From positions 29,707 to 93,706 of the forward strand of contig JAGVMV010000024.1 in NCBI GenBank assembly GCA_020053595.1: a DNA stretch of 64,000 bases, given 5' to 3'. The stretch is from Thermoleophilia bacterium (GTDB taxonomy: Bacteria > Actinomycetota > Thermoleophilia > BMS3ABIN01). Below are positions 55,879 to 64,000 of this stretch, one piece after another. How positions within the stretch are numbered: the first letter of the stretch is position 1; every line of letters begins with the position of its first letter. The notes under the pieces are model-generated. The model saw only the letters and a list, made by a program, of their open reading frames with translations, was not told the origin of the DNA and searched no databases. The position numbers were made by a program, and so were the translations under genes.

Positions 55879-58575
55879 ATGAACCCTGCACCAGAACATC
55901 CCGCCCAGCCCGACCTTTCCGGCGCCCTCTTCCTGATCGACGGCAACAGCCTCGCCTATCGCGCCTTCTATGCCCTGCCCGAGACCATCGCCACCAGCGA
56001 CGGCTTCCCGACCAACGCCCTCTACGGCTTCTCGACCATGCTGGTGAAGATCCTCAACGACTATCAGCCGGCCAATGTCATCGTGGCCTGGGACGCCGGC
56101 AAGAAGGTCTTCCGGCACGAGGAATACGAGGAATACAAGGCCGGCCGCAAGCCGATGCCCGACAACCTCTCCCTCCAGTTCCAGCATTTCGAGGAGCTGG
56201 TGGGCGCCTTCGGCTTCGAGAACCTCAGGAAGGAAGGCTATGAGGCTGACGACATCCTGGCCACCATCGCGCGGGAGGCCCGCGAGGAAAAGCGCAAGGT
56301 GGTCGTCGTCACCGCTGACCGCGACGCCCTTCAACTGGTAGGTTCCGGCATTTTCGTCATGTCCAACAGCAAGGGCATCTCCGAGGTCAAGATCTACGAC
56401 CAGGAGGCGGTGCAGGCGCGTTACGGCATCCCGCCGCGGAAAGTACCCGATTTCATCGGCCTCAAGGGAGACGCTTCAGACAACATCCCGGGCGTTCCCG
56501 GCATTGGTGATAAAACCGCGGCGGCTCTGCTGGCGGATCATGAATCCCTCGAGGATCTGCTCGCCCATCTGGATGAGATCAAGGGAAAGCGCCGCGAACT
56601 TCTGGATGAATACCAGGAGCAGGCGCTCCTGTCAAAGCAGCTGGCCACCATGGACGACGAGGTTCCCGTGGAAAGGATATCCCTCGACGCCGCGCCCGCG
56701 CGCCCCGGCAACAAACCGCTGCGTGATTTCCTCTCGCGCTTCGAGTTCACCAGCCTGATCCGGCGGCTGGAGGAAACGGGCATGCTGGAGCCGCCGGCTG
56801 CCGCTGAAGAGGAGACCGGGCTGGAAAAGGCCACGCTCGAGAAGCTGGCTGGCACGATTGCCGCGGGTGAGACAGCCATCGCCTGGCAGCGGCACGGGGA
56901 AACCGTCGAACTGGCGGCCTACTCCACTACCGCCGGCAAAATTCTGCTGGCCAGCGCCGCCGTCGACGGTTTTGAAACAGCCATGGAAAAACTGATCGAC
57001 GCCCAACTCGCAAAGTCCGCAAAATGTAATGCCGCAGCCTCGCCCGCAAAGGCTGCAAAAGGAAAATCCGCCGCCAAACCCGCCAATGCCCCGGAGCTCG
57101 CTTGCCACGATTACAAGAGCCTGATGGCACTGGCCGGTTCGTCCATCCCCTGCAGCCACGACACCATGGTCGCCGCCTACCTGCTCAAGCCCGCGGCCCG
57201 TACCTATCTGCTCGACCAGCTGGCCGCCGCAGCGGATATCAGGGTCGAGATTTCCGCGGACGCGAATCCGGGCGACCGTGAGCTGGCCCTGGCGGCGCTA
57301 CGGACCCACCACCTCGCGGGCGTTCAGCGCCGGCAACTCGACGGCCATGGCCTCACCGAACTCTTCACCTCAATTGAAATGCCGCTCATCGGCGTCCTGG
57401 CCGGCATGGAGCGCGTCGGCATCCGCATCGACCTGCCCCGCCTGGGCGAGCTGGCTTCGCGCATAGCCGACCGGCTCGACCAGCTCGGCGACGAGATCCA
57501 CAAGCTCGCCGGCGAAGATGATTTCAACATCGACTCGCCCCAGCAGCTATCCGCCATCCTCTTTGAAAAACTGGGGTTGCCGCCGGGGAAAAAGACCAAG
57601 ACCGGCTATTCCACCGACGCCTCCGTTCTCAAGAACCTGCGGGACAGGCATCCCATAATCGAAAAGATCGAGACCTACCGCGAGCTGGCCAAGCTATCGG
57701 GAACCTACCTCCAGGCGCTTCCCCGGCTGGCCGACCCCGACACCTGGCGCATCCATACGACCTTCAACCAGACGGTGACCGCCACCGGCCGCATTTCCTC
57801 CAGCGATCCCAACCTGCAGAACATACCCATCCGCACGCCGCTGGGCGAGAAGATCCGGGACTGCTTCGTTCCTGAGGAGGGTTCGCGCCTGGTAGTCGCC
57901 GACTACTCCCAGGTGGAACTGCGGATCATGGCCCACCTTTCCGCGGAGCCCAAACTGCGCCAGGCCTTCGCCGCCGGCGAGGATGTCCACCGCGATACGG
58001 CGGCCGAGGTCTTCAGCCTCAAGCCGGAGGATGTCACCAGCACCCAACGCGGCCGCGCCAAGGCGGTCAACTTCGGCATCATGTACGGCATCAGCGCCTA
58101 CGGGCTTTCCGAGCAGCTGGGGATCACCCAGGAGGAGGCCTCGGGCTACATCGAGACCTACCTGGCACGCTATCCGAAAGTCGCCGCCTTCCGCGACCAG
58201 ATCATCGAGCAGGCAACTGAAGATGGCTTTGTCACCACCATGCTGGGCCGCCGCCGTCTGATTCCCGAGCTGCGCTCGACCGAGGACCGCGTGAGAAAAC
58301 TGGGCGAGCGCCTGGCGGTCAACACGGTCATCCAGGGAAGCGCCGCCGATATTATGAAAATCGCCATGGTCAATGCCGATCGCGCCCTGCAAGCGGAAGG
58401 CCTGAACGCGCGCCTGGTCCTTCAGGTCCACGATGAACTGGTCTTCGAGGCCCCCGAGGCGGAAACCGCCGCCGTCGCCGAACTCGCCCGCCGCGAGATG
58501 TCCGGCGCCTGGCAGCTTGACCCGCCGCTGGAAGTTGATGTGGGCGTCGGCGAGACCTGGGTGGAGGCGAAGTAA
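55879..58575 (+). CDS. polA: DNA polymerase I
   Basis: 5'-3' exonuclease N-terminus (LFLIDGNSLAYRAFYAL). Polymerase motifs A, B and C (RRAAKAVNFGIMYGISAYGL, VHDELVFE). Confidence 0.9.
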   Translation: MNPAPEHPAQPDLSGALFLIDGNSLAYRAFYALPETIATSDGFPTNALYGFSTMLVKILNDYQPANVIVAWDAGKKVFRHEEYEEYKAGRKPMPDNLSLQFQHFEELVGAFGFENLRKEGYEADDILATIAREAREEKRKVVVVTADRDALQLVGSGIFVMSNSKGISEVKIYDQEAVQARYGIPPRKVPDFIGLKGDASDNIPGVPGIGDKTAAALLADHESLEDLLAHLDEIKGKRRELLDEYQEQALLSKQLATMDDEVPVERISLDAAPARPGNKPLRDFLSRFEFTSLIRRLEETGMLEPPAAAEEETGLEKATLEKLAGTIAAGETAIAWQRHGETVELAAYSTTAGKILLASAAVDGFETAMEKLIDAQLAKSAKCNAAASPAKAAKGKSAAKPANAPELACHDYKSLMALAGSSIPCSHDTMVAAYLLKPAARTYLLDQLAAAADIRVEISADANPGDRELALAALRTHHLAGVQRRQLDGHGLTELFTSIEMPLIGVLAGMERVGIRIDLPRLGELASRIADRLDQLGDEIHKLAGEDDFNIDSPQQLSAILFEKLGLPPGKKTKTGYSTDASVLKNLRDRHPIIEKIETYRELAKLSGTYLQALPRLADPDTWRIHTTFNQTVTATGRISSSDPNLQNIPIRTPLGEKIRDCFVPEEGSRLVVADYSQVELRIMAHLSAEPKLRQAFAAGEDVHRDTAAEVFSLKPEDVTSTQRGRAKAVNFGIMYGISAYGLSEQLGITQEEASGYIETYLARYPKVAAFRDQIIEQATEDGFVTTMLGRRRLIPELRSTEDRVRKLGERLAVNTVIQGSAADIMKIAMVNADRALQAEGLNARLVLQVHDELVFEAPEAETAAVAELARREMSGAWQLDPPLEVDVGVGETWVEAK

Positions 58576-58717
58576 CCAGACACACTCTCTGTAACCCACA
58601 GATTTCTTTCGTCTTCCGCTTCCATCCCCATCATCCCTTCTGTATAATGGTTTCTGGCACGCACAGCGCTTGTGGCTGCGCGGGCTAAATTTTTTTAGAA
58701 AGGAATCAAACAACCAA

Positions 58718-60274
58718 ATGCAAAAAATCAACGACGAAGTAGAAGAGATCACATTAGTAGAGGGGAGCGGGGGGCTGCTCAAGATCGTAGATGGCAAGGA
58801 AGAACCCAACTACGATGCTACCATCACGGAGTTCCAGGAGGGCGACATTGTCTCCGGCGAGGTTGTCCGGATCGACAAGGACGAGATCCTGGTTGATATA
58901 GGGTACAAGTCGGAAGGCGTGATCCCGGCCAGCGAGCTCTCGATCCGCAAGTCCGTCAGCACCCAGGAAGAAGTCAGTGTCGGCGACAGGATCGACGCCC
59001 TGGTAATGCAGAAGGAAGACGCCGAAGGGCGCCTGATCCTCTCCAAGAAGCGCGCCCGCTTCGAGCAGGCCTGGAAGAAGATCGAGGAAGTCGAGCAGCA
59101 GGCCAGCACCATCGACGGCACGGTCATCGAGGTCGTCAAGGGCGGCCTGATCCTGGACCTCGGCGTACGCGGGTTCCTGCCGGCGTCGCTGGTGGACATC
59201 CGCCGTATCCAGAACCTGGACGAATACATGGGCCGCGTTCTGACCTGCCGGGTCATCGAGCTCAACCGCAGCCGTAACAACGTCGTTCTATCCCGCCGCG
59301 CCGTCCTCGAAGAGGAGCGCAAGGAAGTTCGGGAGCAGATCCTGGGCAAGCTCCAGCCGGGTGACGTCGTTGATGGCGTCATCTCCAACATTGTCGACTT
59401 CGGCGCCTTCGTAGATCTGGAAGGCATAGACGGCCTCATCCACATTTCCGAGTTGTCGTGGGGCCACGTCAATCATCCTTCTGAAGTTCTCACCGTTGGC
59501 CAGACGGTCAATGTGAAGGTTCTCGATATCGATCGCGATCGCCAGCGGGTCTCACTTGGCCTCAAGCAGACCCAGGAGGACCCCTGGAAGAGCCTGGTCG
59601 ACGCCCATCAGGTCGGCGACATCATGACCGGCACGGTGACGAAGCTGGTAAGCTTCGGCGCTTTTGTCCAGATCAGCGAGGGCATCGAGGGCCTGGTCCA
59701 CATTTCCGAGCTGGCCGAGCATCATGTTGAGAAACCTGAAGAGGTTGTAGCTGTCGGCGATGAGATCGAGATCAAGGTAATTGAGATCGACGCGCAGCGC
59801 CGCCGCCTCTCCCTGAGCATCAAGCGGCTCCATGAAGTGGATGAGCCTGAGGCGGAGGCTTCCGGGGAAGTGGAAACCGTCGCCGATGCGGAAGCCGCTT
59901 CCGAGGAAGAAGAGCAGTTCGCCGAAGCTTCAAATCTGGGCCTGAGCGACGACATTTTCCCCGACCGGCCCGGCTATGAGCCACCTGTCGAGGACGAAGT
60001 ATCAGACGAAGCATCTGACGCGACCATTCTGGCCGATGCCGAACCCGAGCTGACCTATGAGCCCGAGCTTGCCGCGGAGCCGGAACTAAAAGATACTGTA
60101 GAGGAAGAGCCGGAGTCTGAACCGGAACCCGAAGCCGCGGCGGACGAAACCGTGAAGGCCGAGGAGGAAGCTTCCGAGGAAGCCGCGGCGGACGAAACCG
60201 TCAAGGTCGAGGAAGAAGTCTCTGAGGAAGGCACGGACGAAGTCTCTGAAGGTGAGGACGCGGAAAAGGCGTAA
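58718..60274 (+). CDS. rpsA: 30S ribosomal protein S1 (four S1 domains) with a long acidic C-terminal tail. The ATG at 58718 is preferred.
   Basis: Repeated S1 domains (GDIVSGEVVRI..., GTVIEVVKGGLILDL..., GDVVDGVISNIVDFGAFVDL..., GDIMTGTVTKLVSFGAFVQI...). ~150-aa E/A/D-rich tail. Confidence 0.85.
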   Translation: MQKINDEVEEITLVEGSGGLLKIVDGKEEPNYDATITEFQEGDIVSGEVVRIDKDEILVDIGYKSEGVIPASELSIRKSVSTQEEVSVGDRIDALVMQKEDAEGRLILSKKRARFEQAWKKIEEVEQQASTIDGTVIEVVKGGLILDLGVRGFLPASLVDIRRIQNLDEYMGRVLTCRVIELNRSRNNVVLSRRAVLEEERKEVREQILGKLQPGDVVDGVISNIVDFGAFVDLEGIDGLIHISELSWGHVNHPSEVLTVGQTVNVKVLDIDRDRQRVSLGLKQTQEDPWKSLVDAHQVGDIMTGTVTKLVSFGAFVQISEGIEGLVHISELAEHHVEKPEEVVAVGDEIEIKVIEIDAQRRRLSLSIKRLHEVDEPEAEASGEVETVADAEAASEEEEQFAEASNLGLSDDIFPDRPGYEPPVEDEVSDEASDATILADAEPELTYEPELAAEPELKDTVEEEPESEPEPEAAADETVKAEEEASEEAAADETVKVEEEVSEEGTDEVSEGEDAEKA

Positions 60275-60298
60275 GCCCTTTCACACCTGAGCGATTAC

Positions 60299-60329
60299 GC
60301 GCCCCGCCTTCGGCGGGGCGCTTTTTTTC
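60299..60329 (+). terminator. Rho-independent terminator after rpsA
   Basis: GCGCCCCGCC-TTCG-GCGGGGCGC followed by TTTTTTT. Confidence 0.8.
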
Positions 60330-60403
60330 CCGCGCCAAAGGCAATTTTCATGCCAGATATATGCGTATTCAAATCCAGTCATGGATATTAATAGACAGCC
60401 ACC

Positions 60404-61027
60404 ATGATGAACTCAGATAACAACCAGCAGCCACCGGTCCGCGTTGCTCTCACCGGCGGTATCGGTTCCGGCAAGAGCACGGCTCTGCTGATGTTCGCCG
60501 CCCGCGGCGCGGCGGTGCTCAGTTCGGACCGGGTCGTCCACGAACTTCTGGAACGGGAAGACGTACACGCGAAAATCGCAGCATCACTAGGTATCGAGCC
60601 ACTGCTATCAGGTGAAGAAGGCCGCCGTCAGATCGCCGAAAGTGTCTTTACGGATGAGCTGCAGCTGACCCGTCTAGAGGACATCCTTTTCCCGCTGGTC
60701 GCCGTGGAGATCGCCGCCTGGCAAGCTTCCGCCCAGGCGATGTCTGCCCCGCTCACTGTAGTCGAGCTGCCAATGCTGTTCGAAGCCGGCATGGAGTCCG
60801 GCTTTGATCGGGTGGTGCTGGTGACCGCTCCCACCGAAATTCGCCAGAGCCGTCACGAGGGGCGTGTCGGGATCACCGATTTCGAGCAACGGGCTTCGCG
60901 CCAGCTGCCGGAGTCAGAGAAACGCGCCCGCAGTGACTATGTCTACGACAACACCGGCTCGCCGGAGGAGCTCGACGGGTTCGTGGCTGCCACTGTTGCC
61001 GCCATCATCGGATCCGAAGAGCGCTGA
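60404..61027 (+). CDS. coaE: Dephospho-CoA kinase
   Basis: VALTGGIGSGKST P-loop and the CoaE-family fold. Confidence 0.85.
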   Translation: MMNSDNNQQPPVRVALTGGIGSGKSTALLMFAARGAAVLSSDRVVHELLEREDVHAKIAASLGIEPLLSGEEGRRQIAESVFTDELQLTRLEDILFPLVAVEIAAWQASAQAMSAPLTVVELPMLFEAGMESGFDRVVLVTAPTEIRQSRHEGRVGITDFEQRASRQLPESEKRARSDYVYDNTGSPEELDGFVAATVAAIIGSEER

Positions 61028-61033
61028 TAGCTG

Positions 61034-61615
61034 TTGAAACGCGCGGTTATTATTCTGGTCATCCTCGCAGTACTGCTGGCAGCAGCAGCAGCGGCGGCAG
61101 TATACATAACCAAGCCGGACCTGTATGCCCGCTGGCTGTACCCGCTGGACCATTCTGATCTGATCACCCGCTCGGCAGCTCAAAACAGTCTGGATCCCGC
61201 TTTGGTAGCCGCGATAATCTTTGAGGAGAGCGGTTTCGAGGACGGCATCCGTTCCGATGCCGGCGCCGTGGGCCTGATGCAGCTGATGCCATCAACGGCT
61301 GTCTGGATCGCCGGCAAGACCGGCGGAGCGGACTTCACGGTAGCCGACCTGGGGGAGCCGTCAATCAATATCGCCTATGGTTGCTGGTACCTGCGCTATC
61401 TGATCGACCGCTACGGTAGCTCGGACCTGGCGCTGGCCGCATACAACGGCGGCACCGAGAACACCGACCAGTGGCTCGCCGACGCCCGCAGTGAGGGCCG
61501 GGATTTCAACAGTGACCTGGATGTCCCCTGGACTGAGACCCGGGAATACATTTCACGCGTAGACAAAACCCGAGACATCTATCAGCGTGCCTACAAGGCC
61601 GAACTGGGTATCTGA
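61034..61615 (+). CDS. Lytic transglycosylase (SLT domain) with N-terminal membrane anchor. TTG start.
   Basis: EESGFEDGIRSDAGAVGLMQLMPSTA catalytic motif of SLT domains. Confidence 0.8.
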   Translation: MKRAVIILVILAVLLAAAAAAAVYITKPDLYARWLYPLDHSDLITRSAAQNSLDPALVAAIIFEESGFEDGIRSDAGAVGLMQLMPSTAVWIAGKTGGADFTVADLGEPSINIAYGCWYLRYLIDRYGSSDLALAAYNGGTENTDQWLADARSEGRDFNSDLDVPWTETREYISRVDKTRDIYQRAYKAELGI

Positions 61616-61621
61616 AAAGCC

Positions 61622-63607
61622 ATGTCCATATTCAACATCAATGCGGCTTACAAACCAACGGGTGACCAGCCACTGGCCATTGACGGTCTCGCTGCCGGCG
61701 TCGCCCGTGGTGACCGCTACCAGACGCTTCTCGGCGTCACCGGATCCGGAAAGACCTTTACCATGGCCCAGGTCATCGCCCGTGCCGAAAAACCGGCGCT
61801 GATCATGGCCCACAACAAGACATTGGCCGCCCAGCTCTGCAACGAGTTCAAGGAATACCTGCCCGACAACGCCGTCGAGTACTTCGTCAGTTATTACGAT
61901 TATTACCAGCCGGAGGCCTATCTGCCCTCCTCGGACACCTATATCGAAAAAGACAGCTCGATCAACCAGGAGATAGACCGCCTGCGGCACTCGGCTACCG
62001 CCGCCCTGCTTTCCCGCCGGGACGTGGTCATCGTTGCCAGCGTTTCCTGCATTTATGGTCTCGGTTCGCCGGCGGAGTATCTGGCAAAGATGGTGCTGCT
62101 CAAGGAAGGCGAAGAGCCCGGTCTTGAAGCGGTCACCCGGCGCCTGGTGGATATCCAGTACAGCCGCGGTGACTACGACTTCGGCCGCGGCCAGTTCCGC
62201 CTGCGTGGCGATGTACTGGAAGTCCATCCGCCCTACGAGGATACCGTCCTCAGGATAAATTTCTATGGCGAAACAGTGGAACGCATTCAGCGCATCGACG
62301 CCATGACCGGCGAGGTTTACGATGAGATGAAGCACGTCGCCATCTATCCGGCGACGCATTTTGTCACATCGCCTGAAGCCATAGACCAGGCCCTGAAAGA
62401 TATTCAGACGGAACTTAACCAGCGGATCGCCGAGCTGAAAAAAGAGGGCAAGGAACTCGAGGCCCATCGCCTGCTAATGCGTACCCGCTACGACATGGAG
62501 ATGCTGCGGGAAACCGGCTACTGCTCCGGGATAGAAAATTATTCACGGATCCTCGACGGCCGCGCCCCCGGCGAGCCGCCCAACACCCTGCTGGATTTTT
62601 TCCCCGACGATTTCCTCTGTTTCATCGACGAGTCGCATAACACCGTGCCCCAGATCGGCGGCATGTACAAAGGCGACCGTTCGCGCAAGCTGACCCTGGT
62701 GGATTATGGCTTTCGCCTGCCGTCGGCTCTGGACAATCGCCCCCTGCGTTTCGAGGAATTTCTCGAGTGCGTACCGCAGATTGTCTGCGTCAGCGCCACC
62801 CCTGGCCCCTGGGAGCTGAACCACAGTTCGCAGCTGGTGGAGCAAGTCATCAGACCGACCGGCCTCATCGATCCCGAGGTCGAGGTCCGCGCCACCGAGC
62901 ATCAGGTCGACGACCTGATGAACGAGGTGCGCCAGCGAGTCGAGGCCAGGGAGCGCGTCCTGATCACGACGCTCACCAAGAAAATGGCTGAGGACCTGAC
63001 CGACTATCTGCTGGAGATGGGCTTCAAGGTCCGCTACCTGCATTCTGACATCGATACATTGCAGCGCATCGAGATCGTCCGCGACCTGCGCCTGGGCGAG
63101 TTCGACGTTCTGGTTGGGGTCAACCTGTTGCGTGAGGGCCTCGACCTGCCCGAAGTCACCCTGGTAGCCATCATGGACGCCGACAAGGAGGGTTTTCTGC
63201 GCGGCGAGACCGCCCTGATTCAGACCATCGGCCGAGCCGCCCGCAACATCCGCGGCAAGGTAATCATGTACGCCGACCGGATGACCGGCTCCATGGAGCG
63301 CGCCATCGGTGAGACCAACCGCCGCCGCAGCCTGCAGGTGGCATACAACGAAGAGCACGGCATCACGCCGCGCACCATCGTCAAGGGAGTCTCCGACATG
63401 AGCGCCATGCTGGGCGAGCCGACGGTTCCCTACAAGGCCACCCGCGTTCGCCAGGCGGCGAAGAAGATGGACCAGCAGGAGCTTGACGAGGCAGTAGCTG
63501 ATCTGGAAGAGGAGATGTTCAGTGCGGCCGAACAGCTTAACTTCGAATATGCGGCCAAGTTGCGTGACCAGATCAAGGAGCTGGTGCGCGAAAGAACGGC
63601 GAAATAG
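61622..63607 (+). CDS. uvrB: Excinuclease ABC subunit B
   Basis: [14 protein letters not shown] Walker A. A UvrB-specific beta-hairpin region. C-terminal UVR domain ([14 protein letters not shown]). Confidence 0.9.
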   Translation: MSIFNINAAYKPTGDQPLAIDGLAAGVARGDRYQTLLGVTGSGKTFTMAQVIARAEKPALIMAHNKTLAAQLCNEFKEYLPDNAVEYFVSYYDYYQPEAYLPSSDTYIEKDSSINQEIDRLRHSATAALLSRRDVVIVASVSCIYGLGSPAEYLAKMVLLKEGEEPGLEAVTRRLVDIQYSRGDYDFGRGQFRLRGDVLEVHPPYEDTVLRINFYGETVERIQRIDAMTGEVYDEMKHVAIYPATHFVTSPEAIDQALKDIQTELNQRIAELKKEGKELEAHRLLMRTRYDMEMLRETGYCSGIENYSRILDGRAPGEPPNTLLDFFPDDFLCFIDESHNTVPQIGGMYKGDRSRKLTLVDYGFRLPSALDNRPLRFEEFLECVPQIVCVSATPGPWELNHSSQLVEQVIRPTGLIDPEVEVRATEHQVDDLMNEVRQRVEARERVLITTLTKKMAEDLTDYLLEMGFKVRYLHSDIDTLQRIEIVRDLRLGEFDVLVGVNLLREGLDLPEVTLVAIMDADKEGFLRGETALIQTIGRAARNIRGKVIMYADRMTGSMERAIGETNRRRSLQVAYNEEHGITPRTIVKGVSDMSAMLGEPTVPYKATRVRQAAKKMDQQELDEAVADLEEEMFSAAEQLNFEYAAKLRDQIKELVRERTAK

Positions 63608-63662
63608 AGGGACGTACGTTTCCTATGTTTCCTAATTACGAAAAAAGAGCCAGGTAGATTGT

Positions 63663-63740
63663 GGCGGCCGGGATGGGATTTTCCCGCCTCCACTAGGGTC
63701 TTCGACAGACGTTACGGCGGAAAAATCCCATCCCGGCTGG
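63663..63740 (+). repeat. Intergenic ~80-nt long-hairpin repeat element, copy 2
   Basis: GGCCGGGATGGGATTTTCCCGCC-TCCACTAGGGTCTTCGACAGACGTTAC-GGCGGAAAAATCCCATCCCGGC. Same family as 36583-36662. Confidence 0.7.
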
Positions 63741-63954
63741 AGTTGCCCTTTGCCTGGGCGGGGAAAAAAGAGAGACGTTCTTTTCCTAACGGTACTAATT
63801 AATGAAGCCCAACATCTTGTATTTGTATTGAGCGGTTGGTTCGAACCCGGTTTGGTCCACCAAACTAGTCTCATTTGAACTTTTTGAGAGTAGTGCATGA
63901 AACAGATCGGTGTACTCGACATCGATTTCACCGTTTCTTACGAGGATTTTTTCA

Positions 63955-63986
63955 AAGAAGGCTTGATTAAAGAGCCTTCTTTTTTG
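63955..63986 (+). terminator. Hairpin plus T-tract (terminator-like) near the window end
   Basis: AAGAAGGCT-TGATTAAAG-AGCCTTCTT followed by TTTTTG. Confidence 0.45.
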
Positions 63987-64000
63987 TGGCTTGGCTCTCA

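Noticed and set aside
63787-63862. Full-length tRNA gene ending at CCA 63860-63862
   Set aside because: Only the T-arm, acceptor 3' strand and CCA are plausible. No complementary 5' acceptor strand or D- and anticodon arms can be built from the upstream sequence, so it is treated as a possible tRNA 3' fragment rather than a gene.
63898-64000. Short ORF starting at ATG 63898 (MKQIGVLDIDF...) running off the window end
   Set aside because: It has a weak RBS and contains the terminator-like hairpin within it. It cannot be assessed without downstream sequence, so it is not called.

Overview
This is a GC-rich bacterial chromosome segment whose gene order looks Firmicutes- or Chloroflexi-like. It has four parts.

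1. **Positions 1-16462, + strand.** A near-complete anaerobic cobalamin biosynthesis locus. It runs from the cobQ C-terminus through cbiB, cobO, cobD, cbiA and a CbiX-CbiC fusion. A near-consensus sigma70 promoter and a cobalamin riboswitch follow, ahead of the cbiMNQO cobalt ECF transporter. The locus continues through cbiD, a CbiE-CbiT fusion, cbiL, cbiF, a CbiG-CbiH fusion, cbiJ and cobS. A convergent membrane PAS/3xGAF sensor with no output domain abuts the end.

2. **Positions ~19000-27300.** An unusual redox/metal-looking module. A DUF1573 lipoprotein gene carries an in-frame TGA inside its conserved Cys motif, followed at about +11 nt by a SECIS-like hairpin. It is translationally coupled to a NapH-like polyferredoxin membrane protein and a PCYCGC-motif lipoprotein. 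Next come a J-domain protein, an Rrf2 regulator, an AT-rich gap, a lone multi-pass GT2 synthase, B12-dependent class II ribonucleotide reductase nrdJ, a Cys-rich small protein and a zincin-like metallopeptidase.

3. **Positions ~27300-33900.** An accessory island that looks like a decayed sedentary integron/CALIN. It holds a Met-rich membrane protein, vapBC, a small-protein plus minimal-nucleotidyltransferase pair, hicBA, and a DUF433 gene with truncated DUF5615 and RecG-like fragments. A frameshifted C-terminal fragment of an integron-type tyrosine recombinase follows. A GTTAGGC core site precedes a complete cassette (DEDDh exonuclease-TerB-like-BRCT protein) that ends in a textbook 98-bp attC. 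A second cassette encodes a TolB-like beta-propeller lipoprotein.

4. **Positions 33900-64000.** Core housekeeping genes: trpS, scpAB, rluB, aroH, hisC, tatA, an ECF sigma/anti-sigma pair, aroF-tyrA-aroA-cmk-plsC-ispH, pirin, a secreted S8 protease, PDZ-DUF512, der-plsY-gpsA, polA, rpsA, coaE, an SLT transglycosylase and uvrB.

An ~80-nt hairpin repeat occurs twice, after scpB and after uvrB. The two copies carry compensatory substitutions, suggesting a structured element.

Many long antisense ORFs in the six-frame track are GC-driven shadow ORFs and are rejected.
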